From NCBI RefSeq assembly GCF_001677475.2, contig NZ_CP015229.1: a stretch of DNA of 64,000 nucleotides; one strand, given 5' to 3'. Positions 37,948 to 49,796 of the stretch are shown in pieces; position 1 is the stretch's first letter, and every line of letters starts with the position of its first letter. The translations under genes and the position numbers were made by a program. Origin of the DNA: Escherichia coli. GTDB lineage: Bacteria > Pseudomonadota > Gammaproteobacteria > Enterobacterales > Enterobacteriaceae. The notes beneath the pieces were generated by a model. The model was given only the letters and a program-made list of their open reading frames with translations. It made no database searches and was not told the DNA's origin.

Positions 37948-39882
37948 ATGAATATATTCGATCACTATCGCCAGCGATATGAAGCTGCCAAGGACGAAGA
38001 GTTCACACTGCAGGAGTTTCTTACCACTTGTCGGCAAGATCGCAGTGCTTATGCCAACGCGGCTGAGCGGCTATTGATGGCTATCGGTGAGCCTGTCATG
38101 GTCGATACAGCCCAGGAACCCAGACTTTCTCGACTCTTTTCTAACCGGGTCATAGCACGTTATCCGGCATTTGAAGAGTTTTACGGCATGGAAGACGCGA
38201 TTGAACAGATTGTCTCTTATCTGAAACACGCGGCTCAGGGGCTGGAAGAGAAGAAACAAATCCTGTATCTGCTGGGGCCTGTGGGTGGGGGTAAATCATC
38301 GCTTGCTGAGCGACTGAAATCATTGATGCAGCTCGTACCGATTTATGTATTGAGCGCCAACGGTGAGCGTAGCCCGGTCAACGATCATCCGTTCTGTCTT
38401 TTCAATCCGCAGGAAGATGCTCAGATTCTGGAAAAAGAGTATGGCATTCCTCGCCGTTATCTCGGCACCATCATGTCGCCGTGGGCGGCAAAACGCCTGC
38501 ATGAATTTGGTGGCGATATCACTAAGTTCCGGGTAGTGAAGGTCTGGCCGTCAATTCTGCAACAAATTGCTATCGCCAAAACGGAACCCGGCGATGAGAA
38601 CAACCAGGACATCTCCGCGCTGGTAGGGAAAGTCGATATTCGTAAACTCGAACACTACGCGCAGAATGACCCGGACGCCTACGGCTATTCCGGTGCGCTG
38701 TGCCGCGCCAACCAGGGGATCATGGAATTCGTTGAGATGTTTAAAGCACCGATTAAAGTGCTGCATCCCTTGCTAACCGCCACTCAGGAAGGTAACTACA
38801 ACGGGACGGAAGGTATCTCCGCCCTGCCGTTCAACGGGATTATTCTCGCCCACTCGAACGAATCCGAATGGGTCACTTTCCGTAATAACAAAAACAACGA
38901 AGCCTTCCTCGATCGTGTTTACATCGTGAAGGTGCCGTATTGCTTGCGCATTTCCGAAGAGATCAAAATCTACGAGAAATTGCTTAATCACAGTGAATTG
39001 ACTCACGCCCCCTGCGCCCCTGGCACGCTGGAAACGCTGTCACGTTTTTCCATTCTTTCGCGCCTTAAAGAGCCAGAAAACTCCAGCATTTATTCAAAGA
39101 TGCGGGTTTATGATGGCGAAAGTCTGAAAGACACAGATCCCAAAGCCAAGTCGTATCAGGAATATCGTGACTACGCCGGTGTCGATGAAGGGATGAACGG
39201 TCTGTCGACGCGTTTTGCGTTTAAGATCCTCTCCCGCGTGTTCAACTTCGATCATGTAGAAGTGGCGGCAAACCCGGTCCATCTGTTCTACGTCCTGGAA
39301 CAGCAGATCGAGCGCGAGCAGTTCCCGCAAGAGCAGGCAGAACGCTATCTGGAGTTCCTGAAAGGTTATCTGATCCCGAAATATGCCGAGTTTATCGGCA
39401 AAGAGATCCAGACGGCCTACCTTGAATCCTATTCCGAATATGGGCAAAACATTTTCGACCGTTATGTTACCTACGCGGATTTCTGGATTCAGGATCAGGA
39501 GTATCGCGATCCGGATACCGGGCAGTTGTTTGACCGCGAGTCTCTTAACGCCGAGCTGGAGAAAATCGAGAAACCGGCGGGGATCAGTAATCCAAAAGAT
39601 TTCCGCAACGAGATTGTTAACTTCGTACTGCGCGCCAGAGCGAATAACAGCGGACGCAATCCGAACTGGACCAGCTATGAAAAACTGCGCACGGTTATTG
39701 AGAAGAAAATGTTCTCCAATACCGAGGAGCTGTTGCCGGTTATTTCGTTTAACGCCAAAACGTCAACCGACGAGCAGAAGAAACATGACGACTTTGTCGA
39801 CCGTATGATGGAAAAAGGCTACACCCGTAAACAGGTGCGTTTACTGTGCGAATGGTATTTGCGCGTACGTAAATCGTCTTAA
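37948..39882 (+). CDS. yeaG: PrkA-family protein kinase (AAA-type P-loop)
   Basis: ORF track 644 aa; P-loop GPVGGGKSS. Confidence 0.9.
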   Translation: MNIFDHYRQRYEAAKDEEFTLQEFLTTCRQDRSAYANAAERLLMAIGEPVMVDTAQEPRLSRLFSNRVIARYPAFEEFYGMEDAIEQIVSYLKHAAQGLEEKKQILYLLGPVGGGKSSLAERLKSLMQLVPIYVLSANGERSPVNDHPFCLFNPQEDAQILEKEYGIPRRYLGTIMSPWAAKRLHEFGGDITKFRVVKVWPSILQQIAIAKTEPGDENNQDISALVGKVDIRKLEHYAQNDPDAYGYSGALCRANQGIMEFVEMFKAPIKVLHPLLTATQEGNYNGTEGISALPFNGIILAHSNESEWVTFRNNKNNEAFLDRVYIVKVPYCLRISEEIKIYEKLLNHSELTHAPCAPGTLETLSRFSILSRLKEPENSSIYSKMRVYDGESLKDTDPKAKSYQEYRDYAGVDEGMNGLSTRFAFKILSRVFNFDHVEVAANPVHLFYVLEQQIEREQFPQEQAERYLEFLKGYLIPKYAEFIGKEIQTAYLESYSEYGQNIFDRYVTYADFWIQDQEYRDPDTGQLFDRESLNAELEKIEKPAGISNPKDFRNEIVNFVLRARANNSGRNPNWTSYEKLRTVIEKKMFSNTEELLPVISFNAKTSTDEQKKHDDFVDRMMEKGYTRKQVRLLCEWYLRVRKSS

Positions 39883-39982
39883 CAACCCTGGCCCGGTACA
39901 CATGCTACCGGGCCTACAACGACAGCGAACCGTGGGCCAGAGAAGCGGCAACACAGGCGTAGCATACAGTTGGCAAATGTAG

Positions 39983-41278
<1,296 letters not shown>

Positions 41279-41424
41279 AACTATCAGCCGGGTCATTATC
41301 GCCTGGCTGATTTTTAGCTCACTGTAAATTATCTCATTTATTACATACATTAGCTTACAATCGCTTTAAATATGACAGCATAACCTTTACACAATTTAGT
41401 TCCAGAAAACAATCATTCGGAAAA

Positions 41425-42900
41425 ATGATTCGGTCAACACGTGTTTCCCTAGGGTTATTCTTTAAATATTTTTTATCGTTAACGAAAATTGATCCTGGTC
41501 AAAACTATATATCTCTGCCATCAATAAAATCCAGCACTCACATTGCTCTCCTTTTTATGGTTTCTATGGGTACACAAAAATTAAAAGCTCAAGGCTTTTT
41601 TATTTTCAGTTTATTGCTGACGTTAATTTTATTTTGCATTACTACCTTATATAACGAAAACACGAATGTAAAACTCATCCCACAGATGAATTACCTGATG
41701 GTTGTTGTGGCTTTGTTTTTCCTTAACGCCGTCATTTTTCTTTTCATGTTAATGAAATATTTCACTAACAAACAAATTTTACCAACACTCATTTTAAGCC
41801 TTGCATTTTTAAGTGGCCTTATCTATTTAGTTGAAACCATTGTAATTATCCATAAACCAATCAACGGCAGTACACTGATCCAGACAAAGTCGAATGATGT
41901 TTCTATTTTCTATATTTTCCGCCAACTCAGTTTTATTTGTTTAACCTCGCTGGCGCTCTTTTGTTATGGAAAAGACAACATCTTTGAAAACAATAAGAAA
42001 AAAACTGGCATTCTGTTACTGGCGCTGATTCCTTTTTTAGTTTTTCCCCTTCTGGCACACAATCTGAGCAGTTATAACGCTGACTATTCTTTGTATGTCG
42101 TCGATTACTGTCCGGACAACCATACTGCGACCTGGGGAATCAACTATACAAAAATATTGGTTTGTTTGTGGGCATTTTTACTGTTCTTTATTATCATGCG
42201 TACACGATTAGCCAGCGAACTATGGCCGTTAATAGCATTATTATGTCTGGCATCGCTATGCTGCAACTTACTTCTACTGACTCTGGATGAGTATAATTAC
42301 ACCATCTGGTATATCAGTCGTGGGATTGAAGTTTCCAGTAAACTGTTTGTTGTGTCTTTTCTGATTTATAACATTTTTCAGGAACTGCAACTCTCCAGCA
42401 AACTGGCAGTTCATGATGTGCTGACCAATATTTATAATCGGCGCTACTTTTTCAACAGCGTAGAGTCATTATTGTCGCGACCTGTTGTTAAGGACTTCTG
42501 TGTCATGCTGGTTGATATTAATCAGTTCAAACGCATCAATGCCCAATGGGGACATCGTGTGGGTGATAAAGTGCTGGTTTCAATTGTCGATATTATCCAG
42601 CAAAGCATCCGCCCCGATGATATTTTAGCGCGACTGGAGGGTGAGGTGTTTGGCTTGCTGTTTACCGAACTCAATAGTGCCCAGGCAAAAATCATTGCAG
42701 AACGTATGCGTAAAAATGTCGAACTCCTGACCGGCTTTAGTAACAGATATGATGTTCCTGAACAAATGACCATCAGTATTGGCACGGTTTTTTCAACGGG
42801 TGACACGCGTAATATCTCGCTTGTCATGACGGAAGCAGATAAAGCCTTACGCGAAGCGAAAAGCGAGGGGGGCAACAAAGTGATTATTCATCATATTTAA
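41425..42900 (+). CDS. dgcJ: membrane-anchored diguanylate cyclase (GGDEF-type, GGEVF in active-site position)
   Basis: ORF track 491 aa; very AT-rich N-terminal membrane domain, C-terminal GGDEF-like domain; K-12 yeaI. Confidence 0.8.
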   Translation: MIRSTRVSLGLFFKYFLSLTKIDPGQNYISLPSIKSSTHIALLFMVSMGTQKLKAQGFFIFSLLLTLILFCITTLYNENTNVKLIPQMNYLMVVVALFFLNAVIFLFMLMKYFTNKQILPTLILSLAFLSGLIYLVETIVIIHKPINGSTLIQTKSNDVSIFYIFRQLSFICLTSLALFCYGKDNIFENNKKKTGILLLALIPFLVFPLLAHNLSSYNADYSLYVVDYCPDNHTATWGINYTKILVCLWAFLLFFIIMRTRLASELWPLIALLCLASLCCNLLLLTLDEYNYTIWYISRGIEVSSKLFVVSFLIYNIFQELQLSSKLAVHDVLTNIYNRRYFFNSVESLLSRPVVKDFCVMLVDINQFKRINAQWGHRVGDKVLVSIVDIIQQSIRPDDILARLEGEVFGLLFTELNSAQAKIIAERMRKNVELLTGFSNRYDVPEQMTISIGTVFSTGDTRNISLVMTEADKALREAKSEGGNKVIIHHI

Positions 42901-43080
42901 GTGCAAAAATATTCAGAGCCATGCTTTTTGCGTGGCTTTTGCATACAATTTATTACTATTACCCCTAAATTTCCCCTCCCCAGCGGCGCAGAGATGAGTA
43001 TAATTAGCGCCCCTGTGCCAGGCCGCAATCGAACTTTATCTGGTTTTCTCGTTTCACTAACCGAAGGAGTGCCATTTATC

Positions 43081-44571
43081 ATGAAATTGCACCATAGAAT
43101 GCTCCGGCATTTTATCGCCGCAAGTGTCATTGTGCTGACATCTTCCTTCCTTATTTTTGAACTTGTCGCCAGCGACAGAGCAATGAGTGCTTATCTGCGC
43201 TATATCGTGCAGAGAGCAGACTCCTCCTTTCTTTATGATAAGTATCAGAATCAGAGTATTGCCGCGCATGTGATGCGCGCTCTCGCTGCTGAGCAGTCGG
43301 AAGTGTCGCCAGAACAGCGGCGCGCCATCTGCGAGGCTTTTGAGTCTGCCAATAATACCCATGGCTTAAACCTGACTGCCCATAAATACCCGGGCTTACG
43401 CGGCACACTACAAACCGCATCCACTGACTGCGACACAATTGTGGAAGCTGCAGCACTATTACCCGCTTTTGATCAGGCAGTGGAAGGCAACCGCCACCAG
43501 GATGATTACGGTTCAGGTCTTGGGATGGCCGAAGAGAAATTTCACTATTATCTCGATCTCAATGACCGCTATGTCTATTTTTATGAGCCGGTTAATGTTG
43601 AATACTTTGCGATGAATAACTGGTCCTTCCTGCAGTCAGGAAGTATTGGCATCGATCGCAAAGATATTGAAAAGGTATTTACCGGGCGTACCGTATTATC
43701 GAGCATTTACCAGGATCAGCGTACTAAACAGAACGTGATGAGTTTGCTGACGCCGGTATATGTCGCAGGGCAGCTAAAAGGGATTGTGCTGCTGGATATT
43801 AACAAAAACAATTTGCGGAATATCTTTTACACTCATGACCGCCCTCTCCTCTGGCGTTTTCTCAATGTCACGCTAACTGATACCGATTCGGGGCGCGACA
43901 TTATCATCAACCAGAGCGAAGATAATCTGTTCCAGTATGTCAGTTACGTCCATGACTTACCGGGCGGCATTCGTGTCTCGTTATCCATTGATATTCTTTA
44001 CTTTATCACGTCTTCGTGGAAAAGCGTTCTGTTCTGGATTTTGACGGCGTTAATTTTGCTGAATATGGTCCGGATGCACTTCCGTTTATACCAAAATGTG
44101 TCGCGAGAAAATATTAGTGATGCGATGACTGGACTGTATAATCGCAAAATTTTAACCCCTGAACTGGAACAGCGGTTGCAGAAACTGGTGCAATCCGGTT
44201 CTTCGGTGATGTTTATTGCTATTGACATGGACAAGTTAAAGCAAATAAATGACACCCTCGGTCATCAGGAGGGGGATTTAGCGATTACGTTATTAGCTCA
44301 GGCGATTAAACAGTCGATTCGTAAAAGTGATTATGCCATCCGACTCGGTGGCGATGAATTCTGCATCATCCTTGTCGATTCGACGCCGCAAATTGCAGCA
44401 CAACTGCCTGAACGTATCGAAAAACGTCTGCAACATATCGCGCCGCAGAAAGAGATCGGCTTCTCTTCCGGTATTTACGCGATGAAAGAAAACGATACGT
44501 TACATGATGCGTATAAAGCTTCCGATGAGCGTTTATATGTCAATAAGCAGAACAAAAACAGCCGTTCATGA
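43081..44571 (+). CDS. dgcK: diguanylate cyclase with N-terminal sensor domain (GGDEF)
   Basis: Internal ATG at 43081 (MKLHHRMLRHF...) within ORF 42901-44571; RLGGDEF motif; K-12 yeaJ. Confidence 0.8.
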   Translation: MKLHHRMLRHFIAASVIVLTSSFLIFELVASDRAMSAYLRYIVQRADSSFLYDKYQNQSIAAHVMRALAAEQSEVSPEQRRAICEAFESANNTHGLNLTAHKYPGLRGTLQTASTDCDTIVEAAALLPAFDQAVEGNRHQDDYGSGLGMAEEKFHYYLDLNDRYVYFYEPVNVEYFAMNNWSFLQSGSIGIDRKDIEKVFTGRTVLSSIYQDQRTKQNVMSLLTPVYVAGQLKGIVLLDINKNNLRNIFYTHDRPLLWRFLNVTLTDTDSGRDIIINQSEDNLFQYVSYVHDLPGGIRVSLSIDILYFITSSWKSVLFWILTALILLNMVRMHFRLYQNVSRENISDAMTGLYNRKILTPELEQRLQKLVQSGSSVMFIAIDMDKLKQINDTLGHQEGDLAITLLAQAIKQSIRKSDYAIRLGGDEFCIILVDSTPQIAAQLPERIEKRLQHIAPQKEIGFSSGIYAMKENDTLHDAYKASDERLYVNKQNKNSRS

Positions 44572-44613
44572 TAACCTTCTGTGATTGTTTGCTTGTAATC
44601 TCAGGAGCATGAA

Positions 44614-45117
44614 ATGACTGAAATGGCTAAAGGAAGCGTGACGCATCAGCGGTTAATCGCTTTATTATCACAAGAAGGTGCTGACTTCCGCGTCGTTACC
44701 CATGAAGCGGTAGGTAAATGTGAAGCGGTGTCAGAAATTCGTGGCACCGCTCTAGGCCAGGGTGCTAAGGCACTGGTATGTAAAGTCAAAGGCAATGGCG
44801 TAAATCAACATGTTCTGGCGATCCTCGCTGCCGATCAACAGGCCGATCTGAGCCAACTCGCCAGCCATATAGGCGGATTACGCGCTTCGTTGGCCAGCCC
44901 GGCGGAAGTCGATGAACTCACAGGCTGTGTCTTCGGCGCGATCCCCCCTTTCAGCTTCCATCCAAAACTCAAACTGGTTGCCGACCCCCTACTCTTCGAA
45001 CGATTTGATGAAATCGCCTTCAATGCAGGCATGCTGGATAAATCCGTTATTTTGAAAACCGCGGATTATTTGCGTATTGCGCAACCAGAACTGGTCAATT
45101 TCCGCCGCACTGCGTAA
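44614..45117 (+). CDS. yeaK: YbaK/ProX-family mischarged aminoacyl-tRNA deacylase
   Basis: ORF track 167 aa. Confidence 0.85.
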   Translation: MTEMAKGSVTHQRLIALLSQEGADFRVVTHEAVGKCEAVSEIRGTALGQGAKALVCKVKGNGVNQHVLAILAADQQADLSQLASHIGGLRASLASPAEVDELTGCVFGAIPPFSFHPKLKLVADPLLFERFDEIAFNAGMLDKSVILKTADYLRIAQPELVNFRRTA

Positions 45118-45222
45118 CTAGCCTGTCCGTTCAATAAGCAGAACGGACAAAACCAGCACAACAGCAATGGCAAAAAACGATGACGTGATAATCAGTGTCT
45201 CGACGAACATTTGATCGTTCAT
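45118..45222 (-). CDS. yoaI: small membrane protein, 34 aa
   Basis: Reverse complement reads ATGAACGATCAAATGTTCGTCGAG... ([34 protein letters not shown]); recognised as K-12 small protein YoaI; not listed in the ORF track because it is under 60 aa. Confidence 0.6.
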   Translation of the reverse strand: MNDQMFVETLIITSSFFAIAVVLVLSVLLIERTG

Positions 45223-45391
45223 AGCATGCCCCCGGGAGATAGCTGTTTTCACGTTATTGTTAGCGTGCACAAATGGCAGTTTGATGACAGTTCGCCTGAT
45301 TTTTTATGCAAAAAACGTAAAGATTTTCTACTTCCTTCCTGCAGCAAGCGTAAAGTAAGCAGGCTTATTATTTTTTGGCAAGGAAACCACG

Positions 45392-45838
45392 ATGTTTGAT
45401 GTCACTTTGCTGATCCTGCTCGGGTTAGCTGCGCTGGGCTTTATCAGTCATAACACCACTGTCGCCGTTTCAATTCTGGTGTTGATAATTGTCCGCGTCA
45501 CACCGTTAAGCACCTTTTTCCCGTGGATTGAAAAACAGGGGCTAAGTATCGGGATAATCATTCTGACGATTGGCGTTATGGCCCCCATCGCCAGCGGGAC
45601 GCTACCGCCCTCAACCCTGATTCACTCGTTTCTGAACTGGAAATCACTGGTGGCAATTGCAGTAGGCGTTATTGTCTCCTGGCTGGGTGGACGCGGCGTG
45701 ACGTTAATGGGCAGCCAGCCGCAACTGGTTGCTGGGCTGCTGGTGGGCACTGTTTTAGGCGTAGCGCTGTTTCGCGGCGTACCGGTTGGCCCGCTTATTG
45801 CCGCGGGTCTGGTTTCGCTGATTGTGGGGAAACAGTAG
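45392..45838 (+). CDS. yeaL: UPF0756 family inner membrane protein
   Basis: ORF track 148 aa, hydrophobic. Confidence 0.8.
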
Positions 45839-46616
45839 TTAATCCCGCAATATATCGGCCTGGCGTTTGCCCCAGGCCTTTCTTAAACATAGTAATAAAG
45901 GCCGTTGTTGAATCATACCCCAGCGTATGAGCAACTTTCTGTACAGTATCGCCTTTCACTAATCCCTGAAGCGCCATAATCAGCTGTAACTGCTGACGCC
46001 ACTGGCGAAAACTCAACCCCGTCTCTTTTACTATCAGTCGGGCAAGATTGCGTTCACTCATCGCAAAAAAGCCAGCCCATTGCCCCAATGACCCCCACTC
46101 GACGGGCCCTTTCGCCATCATCTCCACCATCGTGCGGATTTTAGGATGAGAAGAAACGGGCAGGTGCAGCTGTTGTTGTGGCTGCTGAGGGAGTTCATCA
46201 AACAGGACCTGAATTAATCTGCGGGTCATCGGCTCAGCACGCTGAGTCGTCGTCCTGTTTGCCAGGGTTAAAATTAATTCCCGGCATAAGGGCGATATTT
46301 TCAATGTGCAACATGTTGTCGGCATTGTCACTGCGCTGGGTTCGATAAACAGAAAACAGAGTTCAGCGTTAGATGTCACTTGATTGCTATGTTCCACCCC
46401 GCCCGGTATCCAAACCGCATATTGCGGCGGCACCATCCACAAAGCATTTTCCACCGTACAGGTAATTGCACCATGTAGCGCCAGTATCAGCTGTCCTTTG
46501 CGGTGCTGATGTACAGGACTGGTTAACTCATCCGTTCCGGCGTGAATACAAAATGCGACCGCGGCTTCATGGTGTCGGTCGGGTTCATAGCCATTGAGAT
46601 TCAACCTGTGCATCAT
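45795..46616 (-). CDS. nimR: AraC-family transcriptional regulator (NimR)
   Basis: ORF track 273 aa; C-terminal AraC helix-turn-helix; overlaps yeaL 3-prime end; K-12 yeaM. Confidence 0.8.
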
Positions 46617-46712
46617 TTTGTCCGAACTTAGCGATAAGTTGTCATTTTAGCTTGATTCAACATAACAATAAAAACGGTAAGGTACAGCCTCGTTTGTAAC
46701 AATGAGAAGCAT

Positions 46713-47894
46713 ATGACCTGTTCAACTTCATTAAGCGGCAAAAACAGGATTGTCCTTATCGCTGGCATTCTGATGATTGCCACTACATTACGCGTCACCT
46801 TCACCGGCGCAGCACCGTTACTGGATACGATTCGTTCCGCTTACTCGCTGACGACTGCGCAAATCGGCTTATTGACCACCCTGCCATTATTGGCCTTTGC
46901 GCTAATCTCACCTTTGGCCGCCCCGGTGGCGCGACGTTTTGGTATGGAACGTAGCCTGTTTGCCGCGTTACTTTTGATCTGTGCAGGTATCGCAATTCGT
47001 TCTCTCCCTTCGCCTTACTTATTATTTGGCGGTACAGCGGTCATTGGCGGTGGGATTGCATTAGGCAATGTCTTACTGCCAGGATTAATTAAACGCGATT
47101 TCCCTCATTCCGTCGCCAGACTTACCGGCGCATATTCCCTGACAATGGGAGCTGCAGCGGCACTGGGATCGGCTATGGTCGTGCCGCTGGCTTTGAACGG
47201 TTTTGGCTGGCAAGGCTCGTTGCTCATGCTGATGTGTTTTCCTCTGCTGGCTCTTTTTTTATGGTTGCCACAGTGGCGAAGCCAACAACATGTAAATTTG
47301 AGTACTTCACGCGCCTTACATACTCGGGGTATCTGGCGTTCGCCGCTTGCCTGGCAGGTCACATTGTTTCTTGGGATCAACTCACTGATCTATTACGTGA
47401 TTATTGGCTGGCTTCCGGCGATCCTCATCAGTCACGGCTATAGCGAAGCACAGGCGGGTTCATTGCATGGTTTGCTGCAACTAGCCACAGCAGCTCCCGG
47501 TTTGCTGATCCCACTTTTCTTACATCATGTGAAAGATCAGCGTGGTATTGCAGCGTTCGTTGCCTTGATGTGCGCAGTGGGCGCGGTTGGGTTCTGCTTT
47601 ATGCCAGCGCACGCGATCACCTGGACTCTGCTTTTCGGTTTTGGTTCCGGCGCAACGATGATACTGGGGTTGACGTTCATTGGTCTTCGGGCAAGTTCTG
47701 CGCATCAGGCGGCGGCACTCTCGGGGATGGCACAATCCGTCGGGTATTTGCTGGCAGCCTGTGGGCCGCCGCTAATGGGTAAAATACACGATGCTAACGG
47801 TAACTGGTCTGTACCACTGATGGGTGTTGCCATACTTTCACTACTGATGGCGATTTTCGGACTTTGCGCCGGGAGAGACAAAGAAATTCGCTAG
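46713..47894 (+). CDS. nimT: MFS transporter (NimT)
   Basis: ORF track 393 aa, 12-TM-like; divergent from nimR; K-12 yeaN. Confidence 0.8.
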   Translation: MTCSTSLSGKNRIVLIAGILMIATTLRVTFTGAAPLLDTIRSAYSLTTAQIGLLTTLPLLAFALISPLAAPVARRFGMERSLFAALLLICAGIAIRSLPSPYLLFGGTAVIGGGIALGNVLLPGLIKRDFPHSVARLTGAYSLTMGAAAALGSAMVVPLALNGFGWQGSLLMLMCFPLLALFLWLPQWRSQQHVNLSTSRALHTRGIWRSPLAWQVTLFLGINSLIYYVIIGWLPAILISHGYSEAQAGSLHGLLQLATAAPGLLIPLFLHHVKDQRGIAAFVALMCAVGAVGFCFMPAHAITWTLLFGFGSGATMILGLTFIGLRASSAHQAAALSGMAQSVGYLLAACGPPLMGKIHDANGNWSVPLMGVAILSLLMAIFGLCAGRDKEIR

Positions 47895-47948
47895 TATCCG
47901 GTGCTATAGTGACGTGACAAATCATGCGTGAAAGGGAGAACAAACACG

Positions 47949-48296
47949 ATGAATATTCAGTGCAAACGCGTTTATGATCCGGCTGAACAGAGCGATGGTT
48001 ATCGCGTACTGGTCGACCGCCTCTGGCCGCGCGGTATCAAAAAAACCGATTTAGCCCTTGATGAGTGGGATAAAGAAATCACGCCGTCAACGGAACTGCG
48101 CAAAGCCTTTCACGGCGAAGTCGTCGATTTTGCAACCTTTCGCGAGCAATATCTTGCAGAACTGGCGCAACACGAGCAAGAAGGAAAGCGGCTGGCGGAC
48201 ATCGCCAAAAAACAGCCGCTGACCCTGCTCTACTCAGCAAAAAACACCACGCAGAACCATGCGCTGGTGCTGGCCGACTGGCTACGTAGCTTGTGA
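47949..48296 (+). CDS. yeaO: DUF488 protein
   Basis: ORF track 122 aa trimmed to ATG at 47949 (MNIQCKRVYDP...). Confidence 0.75.
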   Translation: MNIQCKRVYDPAEQSDGYRVLVDRLWPRGIKKTDLALDEWDKEITPSTELRKAFHGEVVDFATFREQYLAELAQHEQEGKRLADIAKKQPLTLLYSAKNTTQNHALVLADWLRSL

Positions 48297-48317
48297 TTTT
48301 AGTACAGCATCCGGCGG

Positions 48318-48572
48318 TTATTTTTCACCAGCCGGATGGTCCCTTCGCCACAATGCCCATTCATCAATCGTTTCACCGCCCGGTAATTTGCAATTGTTGC
48401 TGACCCCTTGCGCTGTCTGCACTGGAATGAGCGTCCCGCCCTTCTGCTGGCAATAGACCGACGCCGGATTAGCCATACCAATCTGCGGCGGTTTAGGTGC
48501 TTCTGGCTGAGAAGAGGTTGAACAACCAGCCAGAACCAGCAAGCAAGGCAGAACAAAACTGATAATTTTCAT
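48318..48572 (-). CDS. yoaF: DUF333 lipoprotein
   Basis: ORF track 84 aa with lipobox LAGC. Confidence 0.75.
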   Translation of the reverse strand: MKIISFVLPCLLVLAGCSTSSQPEAPKPPQIGMANPASVYCQQKGGTLIPVQTAQGVSNNCKLPGGETIDEWALWRRDHPAGEK

Positions 48573-48754
48573 TTATTGATCTCACATATTTATCTACGCT
48601 TAGAGTATCGCGGTATCGTTTTGTTTTGCAGCACTATTTTTATTACATTCACTCAAATCATATTACGCCTTGTTTCATCTTTGTTGATGATGTTTTATCA
48701 TGCCTGCAAAGATTAAATAATCAGCATTTACCCGCCGTATCCTGGAGTTGTTTC

Positions 48755-49764
48755 GTGTCAGATCAGATTATCGCCCGCGTCTCGCAATCCCTTGCCAAAG
48801 AACAGTCACTGGAAAGTCTGGTCCGACAGCTTCTGGAGATGCTGGAAATGGTCACTGATATGGAATCAACCTACCTGACCAAAGTGGATGTCGAAGCGCG
48901 CCTGCAGCATATTATGTTTGCCCGTAACAGCCAGAAAATGCACATCCCGGAGAATTTTACCGTCTCGTGGGATTACTCGTTATGCAAACGCGCCATTGAT
49001 GAAAACTGCTTTTTCAGCGATGAAGTCCCTGACCGTTGGGGCGACTGTATTGCGGCACGCAATCTTGGCATCACCACATTTCTGAGCACGCCAATTCACT
49101 TACCGGATGGATCATTCTATGGCACGCTTTGCGCCGCCAGTGGAGTGAACGCGCGGAACAGGTTTTACAGTTATTCGCCGGACTGATTGCACAATATATT
49201 CAAAAAGAGGCGCTGGTAGAACAGCTGCGCGAAGCCAATGCCGCGCTGATAGCGCAATCGTATACCGACTCGTTAACCGGGTTGCCGAATCGGCGGGCGA
49301 TTTTTGAAAATCTGACGACGCTGTTTTCCCTCGCCCGGCATCTTAACCATAAGATAATGATCGCGTTTATCGACCTGGATAACTTCAAATTAATCAACGA
49401 TCGTTTTGGTCATAATAGTGGCGATCTGTTTCTCATTCAGGTTGGCGAGCGCCTTAATACGCTCCAGCAAAATGGCGAAGTTATTGGTCGTCTCGGCGGT
49501 GATGAGTTTTTGGTTGTTTCACTAAACAACGAGAATGCGGATATTTCGTCGCTGCGAGAACGTATTCAACAGAAAATACGTGGAGAATATCACTTAGGTG
49601 ATGTTGATTTGTATTATCCCGGTGCCAGTCTTGGCATAGTAGAAGTCGATCCTGAAACAACCGATGCAGACAGTGCCCTGCATGCTGCCGATATCGCGAT
49701 GTATCAGGAGAAAAAACACAAACAGAAAACACCTTTTGTCGCGCATCCAGCGCTACATTCCTGA
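48755..49764 (+). pseudogene. dgcP: diguanylate cyclase dgcP (yeaP) interrupted by a frameshift between the N-terminal sensor region and the GGDEF domain
   Basis: N-terminal part (GTG 48755 ... stop 49186) and C-terminal part (open from about 49036 to stop 49764, RLGGDEF motif) are in different frames and overlap over 49036-49186. Confidence 0.7.
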
Positions 49765-49796
49765 GGCGTATTCACATCCTTTTGATTGGTGATAAC

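Noticed and set aside
37724-37951. 75-aa plus-strand ORF in the mipA-yeaG intergenic region
   Set aside because: Lies in the yeaG promoter/5-prime UTR and overlaps the yeaG start; no RBS; more likely regulatory DNA than a gene.
45211-45399. 62-aa plus-strand ORF between yeaK and yeaL
   Set aside because: Overlaps the recognised small gene yoaI on the opposite strand and the yeaL start; no recognisable product.
48626-48754. ATG-initiated N-terminal extension of the dgcP frame (MQHYFYYIHSNHITPCFIF...)
   Set aside because: The region is AT-rich promoter-like sequence; the conserved protein begins at the GTG at 48755 (VSDQIIARV...).
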